A stretch of DNA of 64,000 bases from Bacteroidales bacterium (GTDB lineage Bacteria > Bacteroidota > Bacteroidia > Bacteroidales > Tenuifilaceae): NCBI GenBank assembly GCA_016931855.1, contig JAFGDZ010000026.1, positions 31,472-95,471 on the forward strand, in the 5' to 3' direction. Shown here one piece after another: positions 32,001-41,116 of the stretch (positions within the stretch are counted from its first letter, which is position 1; each line of letters starts with the position of its first letter). The translations under genes were made by a program, and so were the position numbers. The notes beneath the pieces were generated by a model. That model was not told the origin of the DNA. It made no database searches and saw only the letters and a list, made by a program, of their open reading frames with translations.

Positions 32001-35000
32001 ACGTAATAGCCTTAACTCCATCCTCTAGCCCACTACAGTAGAAGAGCACATCAATATCAACAGGAATATTCATTTCGGTTGCTGTTGATACGGCATTGGC
32101 CACAGGTAAAGCGTTTGGCCTCTCGGTAACAGTAATGCTAACCGTTGCAAGGCTCTGGTCGCCATCAACATCCTTTAGAAGATATGTAAAGGCATCGGGA
32201 CCAACGTAATCGGTAGCTGGGGTGTAAACAATGTACCCCGAAGCATTAACCAACGCCGTTCCGTGCAATGGATTAGCATTAACCTCAAGGATATTGGCGC
32301 CGTTGCCAAGCACATCGTTTGCAAGTACCATGATGTTCGTAGGGGTATTTTTAAATGCCGTTGCAGCATCGGCATTGGCAACGGGAACAAGGTTGTTCTC
32401 GCGCACAGTCATGGTAACCGTAGCCTCACTACAATCCGACTGTGCATCGCAAACGCGATACTTAAAGGTTGTTACGCCCACAAAATCGGGTGCTGGTGAG
32501 AAGTTAACGGTATTATCGGTATTTGCCTCAGCAAAGCCATTAGCCGATTGCTCTGAGATGGTAACCACAAGGTCTCCATCCCACAAGTTCTGGTCGTTAA
32601 ACAGCACATCAACAACAGCAAGGATATTCTTGGTTGCTCCGCGGCTATCGGCATTGGCAATAGGAGTGTCGTTTATAAAGGTAGTTTCAACAGAAACGGT
32701 TGCCACATCGCAAGCACCATTGGCATCGCAAACGCTATACTCAAAGGACTCCGTTCCATTGAACTCCTTATTTGGAGTGTAGGTTATGGTGTTATCGGCA
32801 TTTACAACCACCGAGCCTTGAACCGGAGCTGTTGCAATGGTTACAGCCAGCGAGCCATAATCCAAACCAAGGTCGTTTGCCAAAACATCAATGGTAACAG
32901 GGGTATCCTCATCGGTTGCCGCCGCATCATCGGTAGCGCGAGGGCTGGAATCGTCCCTATTTGTAACAGGTACATCGGAAAGAACCAGCGCAGCGTAGCC
33001 AACATCAGCAGTGGTAATGCTAAACTGAAGGTTAAAGGCTACATCGCCATCGGGCAGATTATCATCAACACCAGTAACGGTTATCGGCTGCTCTGTGTTC
33101 CAGTTAGCAGGAGTAAACAGCAACTGACTAGCATCAACCACACCCTCTGCTGTGTTTGACGACGATACGTTAATTGTTACATCGGCTGTTGGCATACTGC
33201 TTAACCTTACTGAAACCTGACAGGTTCCACCAGCCTCGGTAGTGCTTAGGTTTGTTATGGGGAAGCGGTTAACACCAGGGCTATCATCATCGGTATTTAC
33301 AACCTCAACAGAAGTGAGGGTAATACCATTGTAATTCTCGTCGGTGCTTACAGTCTCGGCAAAATCGATGTAATAGGTTGATGAGCCATCGGCAACCAAA
33401 TCGTCAACACCAGTAACGGTTACCGTTTGAGGTGTACTCCAGTTAAGCGGAGTAAACTCAATAGAGGCAGGGCTTACCGTTCCCTCCAATTCGTTGGACG
33501 ATGAGATACCAATTACCACATCACCCGTAGGCTCGCTGTTTAGAACAACAGTAAAGGTTGCAGTAGCACCCTCCTCGGAGGTATTGCCCGAAATTGGCGA
33601 CACAGCAATTCCTTTAGCGTCATCGTCAACAACCGTAACGGCAACATCAACTGGGTTATGCGTTTTGTACTTACCATCGGTTGAAACTGCAGTTGATATA
33701 ACTATGGTAACCTCACCATCGCCATCGTCAATGCTATTGGCAACAGGCGACACGGTAAACTCAACTGGTGTTTTCCAGCTATCGGCATCGGGAGTAAAGG
33801 TAACGCTGGCGGGCGTTACTGTTGCACGATTCTCTTTTGACGATGATAGATTAAAGGTAACATCGGTAGTTGGCCTACTATTTAGCCTAACGGTAAAGGG
33901 CTTGCTAACCCCAGACTCATCAAGTGTAATACTAACAGGGCTAACAGTAGAACCAAAGCTGTCGTTATTCTTATTGGTTAGCGACACATCAACAACATCA
34001 AGGTTATTATAGTCGCCATCGAAGCTTTGCGCCTTGCCCGTTATAATGGAGTATGCGACGTCGCCATCGTCAACATCATCATCAACACCAGTAACGGTAA
34101 CGGTTACAGGGCTATTCCACTCCGAAGGTTCAAAGGTTACAGTAGCCTCGTTGGTTGCGGTGTTAACGCTCCCCCGAGTAACGCTGGTTACCAAACCCTC
34201 ACTAATATTACTTGACGATAAGCTAATGGTAACAGGATTTAACGGTTCGCTCCTTAGCGATACCTTAAAGGTTACACTTTCGCCAGCCTCGGTGGTGTAA
34301 AGTCCTGCCGTAGGGATTACCTCAACGCCCACAACATCGTTATCGGCATTAACCACTGCAATAGACTTGTCGGCTAATGCATCGTAAAGAGCATCGGCAA
34401 CCGAAGCTACTGAAACAGCTATTTGATATGCGATATCGCCATCAAACAGATTATCATCAGCTGCAGTAATGGTAACCGTTTGCTCGGTATCCCATGTTGC
34501 AGAGGTAAAGGTAATGGGAAGTGCGGGAACGGTTCCCTCTGTAATATCGGACGAAGTAACGCTTACCGTTACATCGCCAAGTGGTTTAGACGATAGCTTA
34601 ACAGTAAACGATGCATTTACGTTTGGCTCAGCTGTAGATAGGCTTAAAGTCGATAAAATCACACCTGCATTATCATCATCAGTGTTGGTTACGCTAACTT
34701 TTGGCAATGCCAATCCGTCGTAACCATCATCGGAACTCGATACTGATAGCGAGATGGTGTAATTCACATCGCCATCGTCAACAAAATCGTTAGCACCCTT
34801 TACGGTAACGGTTTGCGCTACGTTCCAATTGGCATTATCAAAAATAAGGCTAGCACCCAGAGAAACAGTACCCTCAGCACTATTATCGGATACCGAGGTT
34901 ATGGTAACCGCGTTCACAGGTTCGCTATTAAGCTTAACCGTGAAGGTAGCAGTTCCTCCTGCCTCGGTGGTGTTGCCGCTAATTGCCGACACAGTAACTC

Positions 35001-38000
35001 CAACCGCATCGTTATCGGTGTTGGTAGCGCTAATATTTGCTATTGGTATTGCATTGTAATGCGGGTCGGCACTTGTTGCAGCAAAGCTGATGGAGAAGGT
35101 CTGCGAACCATCAGCAACATCGTCGTTAACACCAGTAAGGGTTACCGTTTGAGCGGCATCCCAATTTGTTGAATTGAATTTTAGAACCGACTTATCTAGA
35201 ACGCCCTCCAAAGCATTGCCCGATGTAATGGCAATGGAAACCTCGGCAGTTGGCTCCGATGTTAGCTTTACGGTAAAGGTGTCGGACGTTTCATCTTCTG
35301 ATGTTTCCAGCCCATCATTTACGTCAATGGTAACCCCAACGGCATCATTATCAGTATTAGTAACCGCCACATCGGTAATCACAAAACCATTGTACTTATC
35401 GTCGGTACTAGATACTGTTACCCCAATGGCATAATCTACATCGCCATCAGCCACAAAATCATTTTCACCAGTAACTGTAACAGTTACAGGAGTATCCCAA
35501 TCGGCTGGAGCAATAGAAATTGTTGCATTTGAGGTTACGCTTCCCTCTGTGGCATCCTTTGAGGTAGAGGTTATTACCACATTGGCCACAGGCTTACTTT
35601 TTAGCTTAACGGTAAAGGTAGCTGCAGTTAAATTCTCGCCAGTATTGCCGCTAATTGCCGAAACGGTTATTCCTGCTGTATTTATATCGATATTGGTTAC
35701 AGATACATCGGCAACATCTAGGTTTGTGTAGTTAGGGTCGTCGCTAATGGAATTGGCAAGAACCACGGTGTAGGTTTGGTCGCCATCATCAACATCATCA
35801 ACAACTCCGTTAACGGTAACCGTTTTGGCCGCCCAGTCGGTTGGTGTAAACGTAACGTTTGACACAGAAAGTGTGCCCTCGGTTAAATCGGACGACGACA
35901 CATTAATGGTAACATCCTTAACAGGCTGTGAGCTTAGCGAGATGGAGAACGTGTTACTTGCGCCCTCAGTAGTTTGCAACGTGGCCGTAGAAACGGTTAT
36001 ACCCGGTGTGTCATTATCAATATTGGTTACACTAATGGGGCTTCCCGTTACGCCATGGTAATCGGTATCGGCACTGGATGCTGTAGCTGTAAGGGTATAG
36101 GTTTTATTGCCATCGGCAACAACATCGTCCTTACCCGTAACAGTAACCACCTGAGCCACCGACCAGTTTGCCGTTGTAAACTCCAAAGAAGTTTTATCTA
36201 GCGAACCCTCAAGCGTGTTAAATCCTGTAATGCTAACCGTTACAGTATTTTTTGGGTTTGATGATAGGCTTACACCAAATGAGTCGGCAGTTCCATCCTC
36301 ACTGGTTGTTAAATTGGTCTTGGTTATAACCAACGCGGCAATATCGTTATCGGTATTGGTTGCATTAACCTGCCTACTGGGCACCGCAAGATAAGCTGCA
36401 TCGCCTGCTGTTACAGAGAAAGTAATTGTATATGGAGTATCGCCATCAATTGAGCTGTCGTTAACACCAGTAATGGTTATGGGCTGGTTAGTGTTCCATG
36501 TTGTGCTGTTAAATACCAGCTCGCTTACGGATACGGTTCCTTCATTTGTGTTGCTAGACACAACGCTAATGCGCACCTCTGCCGTTGGGCTAGATGAGAG
36601 CTTAACCTGAACCACATCGGTTCCACTACCCTCTGTTGTTGTAGCGGTTGTTTTGGAGAGCACAATGCCAGCTGTATCGTCGTCGGTATTGGTTACGGAA
36701 ACCTGAGCCGCTTTGCCAATGTACTTTGCATCGCCCGATGCAACGGAAAGGTTAACCTGATAGATAATATCGCCATCATCAACATTGTCGTTAACTGGTG
36801 TTACCGTAACCGTTTGTGGGCTATTCCAGTTTGTGGGCGTAAACGTTAACGTTCCTGCCGAAATAGTTCCCTCGCCCGTATTGCCAGAGGCTACGGTAAC
36901 AGGAACGTTTATGGTTGGCTTGGTATCAAGAACAACGGTAAACGAAACACCACTTCCTGCCTCACTTGTGGTAATGGCCGTTTTTGATACGCTTATTCCT
37001 GCATTGTCGTTATCGGTATTGGTCACCGAAACGCTGCTTATGGAGATACCATTATAGTTAGCATCAGCACTAGCAGCCGATAGGTTTATGGTGTAGGTAA
37101 CATCGTCGTCATCAACCAGGTCGTCGGCACCATTAACGGTTACCAGCTGCTCAGCATCCCAGTTTGATGGGGTAAACGTGTAAACCAGCGGCGTTACGCT
37201 ACCCTCGGTGCTTACAATGCCCGAAAGGGATATATCAACATTTGATGCTGGCTTCGAGGTAAGAACAAGGGTAAAGGAGTCGTTACCTCCCGCTTCCGAT
37301 GTAGATAGATTTGTTTTTGAAACAACCACCGAAGCAACATCGGCATCGGTATTGGTAACAGTTACATCGGCAGCATCTAGTCCGTTATAGTTAGCATCGC
37401 CACTAACAGCAGCAGCAACAGTAACGGTGTAGGTCTGAGGGCCATCAACCACCCAGTCCCTAACTGGAGTAACACTTATGCTCCTAGGTGTGTTCCAATC
37501 CGTAGCATTAAAAGTAATCGATGTTGGAGAAACTGTTCCCTCTGCAGTATTGCCTGAAAATATGGCAATGGTAACATTTGCCGATGGCTCAGTATCCAAC
37601 ACAATGGTAAACTGCGTGGCTACTCCGCCTTCGGTTGTTGCTATTGATGTAGTAGAAACAGTAATTCCAGGCTGATTAACGGTTATAATTCCTGGGTTAG
37701 TAAGTTCAATCTCACAATTTCCGTTGTTCGCTCGCACTTGGAATGTGTTTGTCCCAATGCTCAAGTTGCTACTAGGCACGTCAAGAACAAGGTCAGTGCC
37801 CCCCACTGCAATACCAGAGGATATAAGGGTTACACCACTATAAAGGCTATAGGTAATACCATCCTGCGGATTAACAACTGTTACTGTAGCGCTCTTACCT
37901 GGGTCAACCGTACTGCCCTGCACTGTGAGCCCGGCATTAGGAGCCGCAACCACGCTAATGGCAAAGCTAGGCGAGGTGTTCTCGCATCCATCCTTTTTAA

Positions 38001-40593
38001 CGTAAAGCGTGTAGCTGCTAGATGCATCGGTTAGCGCTGCGCTCGATTTTGCAAATGCCCTATCGGTAGATATAACCGTACCATTCTTACTCCACTTATA
38101 CGATGCGTTTACCTCTGTAGCAGTAAGGTTAATAGCCTCGCCAACACACACATCTAAATCGCCAGCAAAGGTTGTAAGAGGCGACACCTCCACAGAGAAG
38201 TTGCGAGTTGATGTGCAACCATCCTTTGATACGGTTAGCGACCAATCGCCAACATTAACGCTACCAGCAGCCTGCTGAACGCTTTGTGATGTTGACTTAA
38301 CCGTTGCTCCGTATTTCCATGTGTAGGCTGCGCCAATCTCCTTAGCAATAAGGTAAAGAGGCTCTCCAACACAGACTGTAGTATCACCACTAAACTGAAG
38401 GTCGGGCCCAACATAAACGGTAAACTGCTCAATAACCTGGCTAAAGCCATCGTCAACCATCAGGTAAATAATTGCCCTACCAGAACGATTGGCAACTGGT
38501 GTTACAGCAACAGTTCTATTAGTACCTGTACCTCCAATGGCAATACCAGTATGAGGGACAAAAGTTGGGTCGGCAGAGAAACCAGTAACAACCAAATCTT
38601 CAGGAGCCGATTCCGAGTCACCAACAGTGAATGCTATTGGAGCTGTAGCGCTATTCGTACAAAGCGTTTGGTCGTCAACTTTAGTTATTGTTGGCGGAGT
38701 GTTTATTATTACGTAAACATTCTCCTGATTATTGCTCCACTTAACGCCATCGCTAGTTGCACGCCAAATAAAGCTAGTTTTGCCACTCCAGTTAACATTT
38801 GGAGTAAAAACAAGGTTTGGGAGCTGTGCTCGGGATATTATTTGGTTTACCGTAACTGCGGCACCCGACAGCCTAAGCACTCCGTTTGCTGGCAGTGAAC
38901 GCACCTGAATGCTGTGCAATGCAGCATTCTGAGCATGAAAGAACTTATAATCAAAGTCCTCAACATCAAAAGATAGCGGTGTATTTTTGGGTCCTTCAAC
39001 ATAAATATCGCCCACCCAAGGGGCATTTCCATCCACACACTTGGTTTCGCTATTTTGAATCTTCAGGTTGATTTTGGAGTAGCCTAAATCAATGGCATTA
39101 AACCATGTATTCATGGAATTTAAATTCCCATTATGATTTGAATTCTGTAAACTTGGGTTCCATGACCATATCCTAGGAATCTGACTATCAATAAGTAACT
39201 GCTTCTTTTGTGTTGCATCCATTAGGCCAGAACCAGTTCCGTCGCCCCAAGGATCAATCTGAGTATCGTCCCAGTAAATCGTGGTTTTAAGCTTATTAAA
39301 CGGACGGATAGATGACGTTACAATCCCATCAAGTTGCTCCACGTCGTACATTGGGAAATGAGCAGAACCACGAGCCAAGAAACTTGCCGAAGCCCAATAC
39401 CTTCCATTACTAACCTCGGCACCTACATCCGACTTAAAATCCCAGAGCACATAATTCAACCCCTTTTTCATCTCCCGGTAAATTACCCTATCGCTACCCG
39501 ATGCTGAGTACTGGTTATCGCCATCAAGGTCAATTAGTACTACGGCAAAGCCATCGGTATTCGTCTCAATTTTATAAAAGGTAGCATCTTCGTAAGGGCA
39601 ATCGAGCCTATTTTTCTCCAGCACAACTAGGCTATAGTCTATTGGTTCAAGCAAAGGGCTTCTATTGTAGTTGTAGTCGTAAATTAAAGTATCCTCGGCC
39701 CAAACCTGTACTTTAGGTGGAGCCAAAGTGGTATTAGGCCAAACCGATCTATCGGGATCGTTTAGGAAGACCCTGTAGTCGGACACTCCACTTCCCATCT
39801 CATCGCCCATTAAGCTCTGTGCGCGCTCAATGTAGGTCTTCTCGTCGGTATATGTTTTAACCCCATGACTATTTGCGGTAAACACAAATGAGTATGGGTA
39901 CATCTGAAAGTTTACCTTATTAATAAACTCATCGGATGTAAACACATAAAAATGAGCGTTAACCCTGTACTGGTCAAAGCTGGTTGTGGTAAACGACCAG
40001 CCATAGGACCATAGCCTACCAGCCGACACGTTTGGCTCTCCAGGGTTTGTTACTACGTTCTTTGAGGCATCGGTAACCGTTGCATCAAAAAACTCCAGTG
40101 CAAAACGTTTATCATCGTAATGTTCAAATTCAACATAGTAGTTCCCCGTTAGCCCTGCAGGTATAACAATAGGATTGTACCCACCCGATATTACCGTTCC
40201 ATTTAGAATAGCTCCATTTGGCCCCGTTACCGCTTGTGTGTAGTTATCAATATAACCTACATCTGTAACCTCATCAAGCCACTTGGGGCCATACACTACA
40301 TTCCCTGCTGGGTCTTTAACCTGGAAGCGAACCCAATACGGGTTTGTTTCTGCATCTCCTCCATAGGACTGGGTATTCATCTTTAACCCTAGATGAAGCT
40401 TTTCATCCTTTTTAAGGTAAACATTAATTCTTTCGTTTTCGGCACAACCAAACAGACCAAAGTTATTGCCTACAAATGTGTTAAACTCCAGCCACAACCT
40501 ATCATTAGAGTTTGGCATTAGCTGCTTTGTTCCCTCCTGCGCCAGTAGCTGCAAGGACATTAGCATTGCTAGAACGAGTAAAAGTTTTCTCAT
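26074..40593 (-). CDS. sprB: giant SprB-like cell-surface adhesin (about 4839 aa) with T9SS type-B C-terminal domain
   Basis: Signal peptide MRKLLLVLAMLMSLQLLAQ (start re-called to Met16). Contains about 17 Calx-beta-like repeats (..TFTVKL.S.P...V.I...S....EG.V..) and about 20 cadherin/VCBS-like ~96-aa repeats (P.A..D......T...IDVL.ND.G.D....). C-terminus FSPDGDGINDYFEIKGL...IYNRWGNIVY...WDG...TGTYYYIIEV matches the gliding-motility C-terminal domain. Confidence 0.85.
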   Translation of the reverse strand: MRKLLLVLAMLMSLQLLAQEGTKQLMPNSNDRLWLEFNTFVGNNFGLFGCAENERINVYLKKDEKLHLGLKMNTQSYGGDAETNPYWVRFQVKDPAGNVVYGPKWLDEVTDVGYIDNYTQAVTGPNGAILNGTVISGGYNPIVIPAGLTGNYYVEFEHYDDKRFALEFFDATVTDASKNVVTNPGEPNVSAGRLWSYGWSFTTTSFDQYRVNAHFYVFTSDEFINKVNFQMYPYSFVFTANSHGVKTYTDEKTYIERAQSLMGDEMGSGVSDYRVFLNDPDRSVWPNTTLAPPKVQVWAEDTLIYDYNYNRSPLLEPIDYSLVVLEKNRLDCPYEDATFYKIETNTDGFAVVLIDLDGDNQYSASGSDRVIYREMKKGLNYVLWDFKSDVGAEVSNGRYWASASFLARGSAHFPMYDVEQLDGIVTSSIRPFNKLKTTIYWDDTQIDPWGDGTGSGLMDATQKKQLLIDSQIPRIWSWNPSLQNSNHNGNLNSMNTWFNAIDLGYSKINLKIQNSETKCVDGNAPWVGDIYVEGPKNTPLSFDVEDFDYKFFHAQNAALHSIQVRSLPANGVLRLSGAAVTVNQIISRAQLPNLVFTPNVNWSGKTSFIWRATSDGVKWSNNQENVYVIINTPPTITKVDDQTLCTNSATAPIAFTVGDSESAPEDLVVTGFSADPTFVPHTGIAIGGTGTNRTVAVTPVANRSGRAIIYLMVDDGFSQVIEQFTVYVGPDLQFSGDTTVCVGEPLYLIAKEIGAAYTWKYGATVKSTSQSVQQAAGSVNVGDWSLTVSKDGCTSTRNFSVEVSPLTTFAGDLDVCVGEAINLTATEVNASYKWSKNGTVISTDRAFAKSSAALTDASSSYTLYVKKDGCENTSPSFAISVVAAPNAGLTVQGSTVDPGKSATVTVVNPQDGITYSLYSGVTLISSGIAVGGTDLVLDVPSSNLSIGTNTFQVRANNGNCEIELTNPGIITVNQPGITVSTTSIATTEGGVATQFTIVLDTEPSANVTIAIFSGNTAEGTVSPTSITFNATDWNTPRSISVTPVRDWVVDGPQTYTVTVAAAVSGDANYNGLDAADVTVTNTDADVASVVVSKTNLSTSEAGGNDSFTLVLTSKPASNVDISLSGIVSTEGSVTPLVYTFTPSNWDAEQLVTVNGADDLVDDDDVTYTINLSAASADANYNGISISSVSVTNTDNDNAGISVSKTAITTSEAGSGVSFTVVLDTKPTINVPVTVASGNTGEGTISAGTLTFTPTNWNSPQTVTVTPVNDNVDDGDIIYQVNLSVASGDAKYIGKAAQVSVTNTDDDTAGIVLSKTTATTTEGSGTDVVQVKLSSSPTAEVRISVVSSNTNEGTVSVSELVFNSTTWNTNQPITITGVNDSSIDGDTPYTITFSVTAGDAAYLAVPSRQVNATNTDNDIAALVITKTNLTTSEDGTADSFGVSLSSNPKNTVTVSITGFNTLEGSLDKTSLEFTTANWSVAQVVTVTGKDDVVADGNKTYTLTATASSADTDYHGVTGSPISVTNIDNDTPGITVSTATLQTTEGASNTFSISLSSQPVKDVTINVSSSDLTEGTLSVSNVTFTPTDWAAKTVTVNGVVDDVDDGDQTYTVVLANSISDDPNYTNLDVADVSVTNIDINTAGITVSAISGNTGENLTAATFTVKLKSKPVANVVITSTSKDATEGSVTSNATISIAPADWDTPVTVTVTGENDFVADGDVDYAIGVTVSSTDDKYNGFVITDVAVTNTDNDAVGVTIDVNDGLETSEDETSDTFTVKLTSEPTAEVSIAITSGNALEGVLDKSVLKFNSTNWDAAQTVTLTGVNDDVADGSQTFSISFAATSADPHYNAIPIANISATNTDNDAVGVTVSAISGNTTEAGGTATFTVKLNSEPVNAVTITSVSDNSAEGTVSLGASLIFDNANWNVAQTVTVKGANDFVDDGDVNYTISLSVSSSDDGYDGLALPKVSVTNTDDDNAGVILSTLSLSTAEPNVNASFTVKLSSKPLGDVTVSVTSSDITEGTVPALPITFTSATWDTEQTVTITAADDNLFDGDIAYQIAVSVASVADALYDALADKSIAVVNADNDVVGVEVIPTAGLYTTEAGESVTFKVSLRSEPLNPVTISLSSSNISEGLVTSVTRGSVNTATNEATVTFEPSEWNSPVTVTVTGVDDDVDDGDVAYSIITGKAQSFDGDYNNLDVVDVSLTNKNNDSFGSTVSPVSITLDESGVSKPFTVRLNSRPTTDVTFNLSSSKENRATVTPASVTFTPDADSWKTPVEFTVSPVANSIDDGDGEVTIVISTAVSTDGKYKTHNPVDVAVTVVDDDAKGIAVSPISGNTSEEGATATFTVVLNSEPTGDVVIGISSSNELEGTVSPASIEFTPLNWSTPQTVTVTGVDDLVADGSSTYYIDFAETVSTDENYNGITLTSVEVVNTDDDSPGVNRFPITNLSTTEAGGTCQVSVRLSSMPTADVTINVSSSNTAEGVVDASQLLFTPANWNTEQPITVTGVDDNLPDGDVAFNLQFSITTADVGYAALVLSDVPVTNRDDSSPRATDDAAATDEDTPVTIDVLANDLGLDYGSLAVTIATAPVQGSVVVNADNTITYTPNKEFNGTESFEYSVCDANGACDVATVSVETTFINDTPIANADSRGATKNILAVVDVLFNDQNLWDGDLVVTISEQSANGFAEANTDNTVNFSPAPDFVGVTTFKYRVCDAQSDCSEATVTMTVRENNLVPVANADAATAFKNTPTNIMVLANDVLGNGANILEVNANPLHGTALVNASGYIVYTPATDYVGPDAFTYLLKDVDGDQSLATVSITVTERPNALPVANAVSTATEMNIPVDIDVLFYCSGLEDGVKAITFSTDPANGVATVTLDPVTNQPLVRYTPKADWIGTEVFGYQVTDNNDDNSNVATITVVVKPTGTDHQPVAGDISVSTRINTSKEIAVLDYVTGLEDGFKRIWIKTSPSLGAAVVTASNTVIYTPSNGIKGNDTFIYVVEDTDGQFDTGTVSVSIVEFLDVTPVAVNDNATVVFETPKDINVLYNDTGLDNTPITVSVSTQPDVAGCTATVNADNTIRFTPAAAFSGAVNFGYTLVDAAGKSASASVAVTVLASGETVVYPVAADFTVTTRVNTPVVIPALEHVTSLTLFGGLFIHTQPALGTAVVNADNTITYTPSNFYKGTQTFEYRVLDAHYNVWDAGVITVNIVENLDITPVAIDDVTSVLYETPTDIDVLFNDTNLSNTPVVVTIASAPSVAGCTATVNANNTIHFTPATGFSGAVTFGYTVTDAAGKSASATVSITVLEEGETIVYPVASDFEVNTYVGVPVDIKALEHVTNLTQFGGLYVHTAPVVGTAAVTAQNTILYTPSPLYKGTLTFQYRVLDAKYSVWDAATITVNVIDRPNSVPVAVNDSRATEYQTPIVIDVLQNDTGIDDVPLVVSVSAAPTSGTAAVNADNSITYTPASGYVGMATFQYTVTDKNGDFSAATVSVEVLPEGVVNHIPVAVDDNEQTSVNTAKDINVLVNDTGLEDGFGSITVLASPRYGTATVNANRTVRYVPSPWFKGTDTFTYLLADAQGDNDVATVTVSVVDKPNALPNANDFSVATSKNIPVTIDIMANVTGADDTPITLTVKQNPAAEQGAVVVNANSTITFTPVAEFVGLSGFQYQVTDANGDSDFATVTVRVKDGINTVPVANDDEFSTQVNIPAVLDVLDNDSNLDDGFGAIAIVDPPLFGEATVNDDNTITFTPSNFYVGTMTFVYKLSDVDGDFDLATVSVIVSDGGNSLPIAVDDFAGTEFETPVTVDVLENDASLNDVPISVFISENASSTVGNAIVIAGNLVQFSPAQDFSGIATFKYRIRDFNGDVSEATVTITVLAEGEVNHLPVANADSRGTEYQTPVTVDVLANDTGLEDAPVVVTILTNPTSGTAAVNADNTVTFTPAAGFSGVATFGYTVTDAQGDHATATVTITVLAEGEVNHLPVANADSRGTEYQTAVTVDVLANDTGLEDAPVVVTISTASANGTTAVNADNTVTFTSAAGFSGVATFGYTVTDAQGDHATATVTITVLAEGEVNHLPIANADSRGTDYQTGVTVDVLANDTGLEDSPVVVTISTNPTSGTAAVNADNTVTFTPAAGFSGVSTFGYTVTDAQGDHATATVTITVLAEGEVNHLPVANADSRGTEYQTPVTVDVLANDTGLEDAPVVVIISTNATNGTAAVNADNTVVFTPAAGFSGVATFGYTVTDAQGDHATATVTITVLAEGEVNHLPIANADSRGTEYQAAVTVDVLANDAGLEDAPVVVTISTNPTSGTAAVNADNTVTFTPDAGFSGVSTFGYTVTDAQGDHATATVTITVLAEGEVNHLPVANADSRGTEYQTAVTVDVLANDSGLEDVPVVVTISTNATSGTVAVNADNTVTFTPAAGFSGVTTFGYTVTDAQGDYATATVTITVLAEGEVNHLPVANNDRRGTSKSAAVTIAVLENDYGLEDQPVLVSISQAPHVAQGTVSVNEDNTIVFTPSGDYVGAATFNYMVVDANGDSDEASVVVNVKKDVNYLPDANDDEVETFVDTPINIVALTNDTGLNDAPVFLTVETAPSNTEGAIVVNDDNTILFTPVSGYMGSVVFFYRITDFDGDYSIARVIVNVVENLPTIVAVDDAVNMMMNTTVDVNVLMNDTGIEKSSCTIYIHNDVKNGYATMSSDGVLTYTPYIDFVGSDSLTYSICMGESNCAQAVVRITVEEPVPDALFIPEGFSPDGDGINDYFEIKGLKFFGRASVKIYNRWGNIVYSSDDYTNDWDGRSNIALSVGKTLPTGTYYYIIEVKGEKSKSYTGNVFLKR
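27190..28990. repeat. array of 6-7 near-identical 288-bp (96-aa) tandem repeats inside the sprB-like gene
   Basis: The protein repeat ATVTITVLAEGEVNHLPVANADSRGTEYQT.VTVDVLANDTGLEDAPVVVTIST....GTAAVNADNTVTFTPAAGFSGVATFGYTVTDAQGDHAT recurs. Antisense ORFs in the track fall at 27299, 27587, 27875, 28451 and 28739, spaced 288 bp or a multiple of it. DNA copies are about 90% or more identical. Confidence 0.85.
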
Positions 40594-41116
40594 ATAGTTA
40601 TTGTAAAGAATACGCATAAACACGAATACCACCAGCATTTAAAACACTGGTGGTATTCTTTTATTAAACCAAAATTAAAGACAAGTGAAAAACACAAATT
40701 GCAAAAACCATTACCAACAAGTTCTCTTTACATTATAGAGATAATAAATCCAAAAGGCAATTTGCGAGACTGAACCGCTGCAGAAAGCATCCAACACTAC
40801 TTTTAAAATTTGCAACATCCAAGTTTCCAAACCAATATTACGAAAAAAAGCAACACCAATGATTAGGATTACCAAAAATATTGACGAATATCACCTTTTG
40901 AGCGAAACCCTCGTCTGCTTAATAATTAGAACCAACCAGCAATAAGCATGTGCCAGCACATGCCTAAGCATTAAAAGTCTTTAACACAAAACAAAAGCAA
41001 ATAGGGCAAAGGGTAACGCTTTATAACTATATTTGCTAGAAGTGCAACAGAGTTAACGCCCTAAACACAAAGCATCAGTTAAGTATTAAATATCTAACCT
41101 TTAACCTAGATTAGCC

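Noticed and set aside
27299-38034. Many plus-strand ORFs of 60-197 aa inside the sprB-like gene (for example 27299, 27587, 27875, 28451, 28739)
   Set aside because: These are antisense reading frames kept open by the repetitive, low-stop composition of the minus-strand giant gene. The 288-bp spacing mirrors the sense-strand repeats.
40594-41116. 478-bp divergent intergenic region as a possible mobile-element remnant
   Set aside because: There are no inverted repeats, direct repeats or transposase fragments. It is more simply a divergent promoter region for sprB and the flotillin gene.
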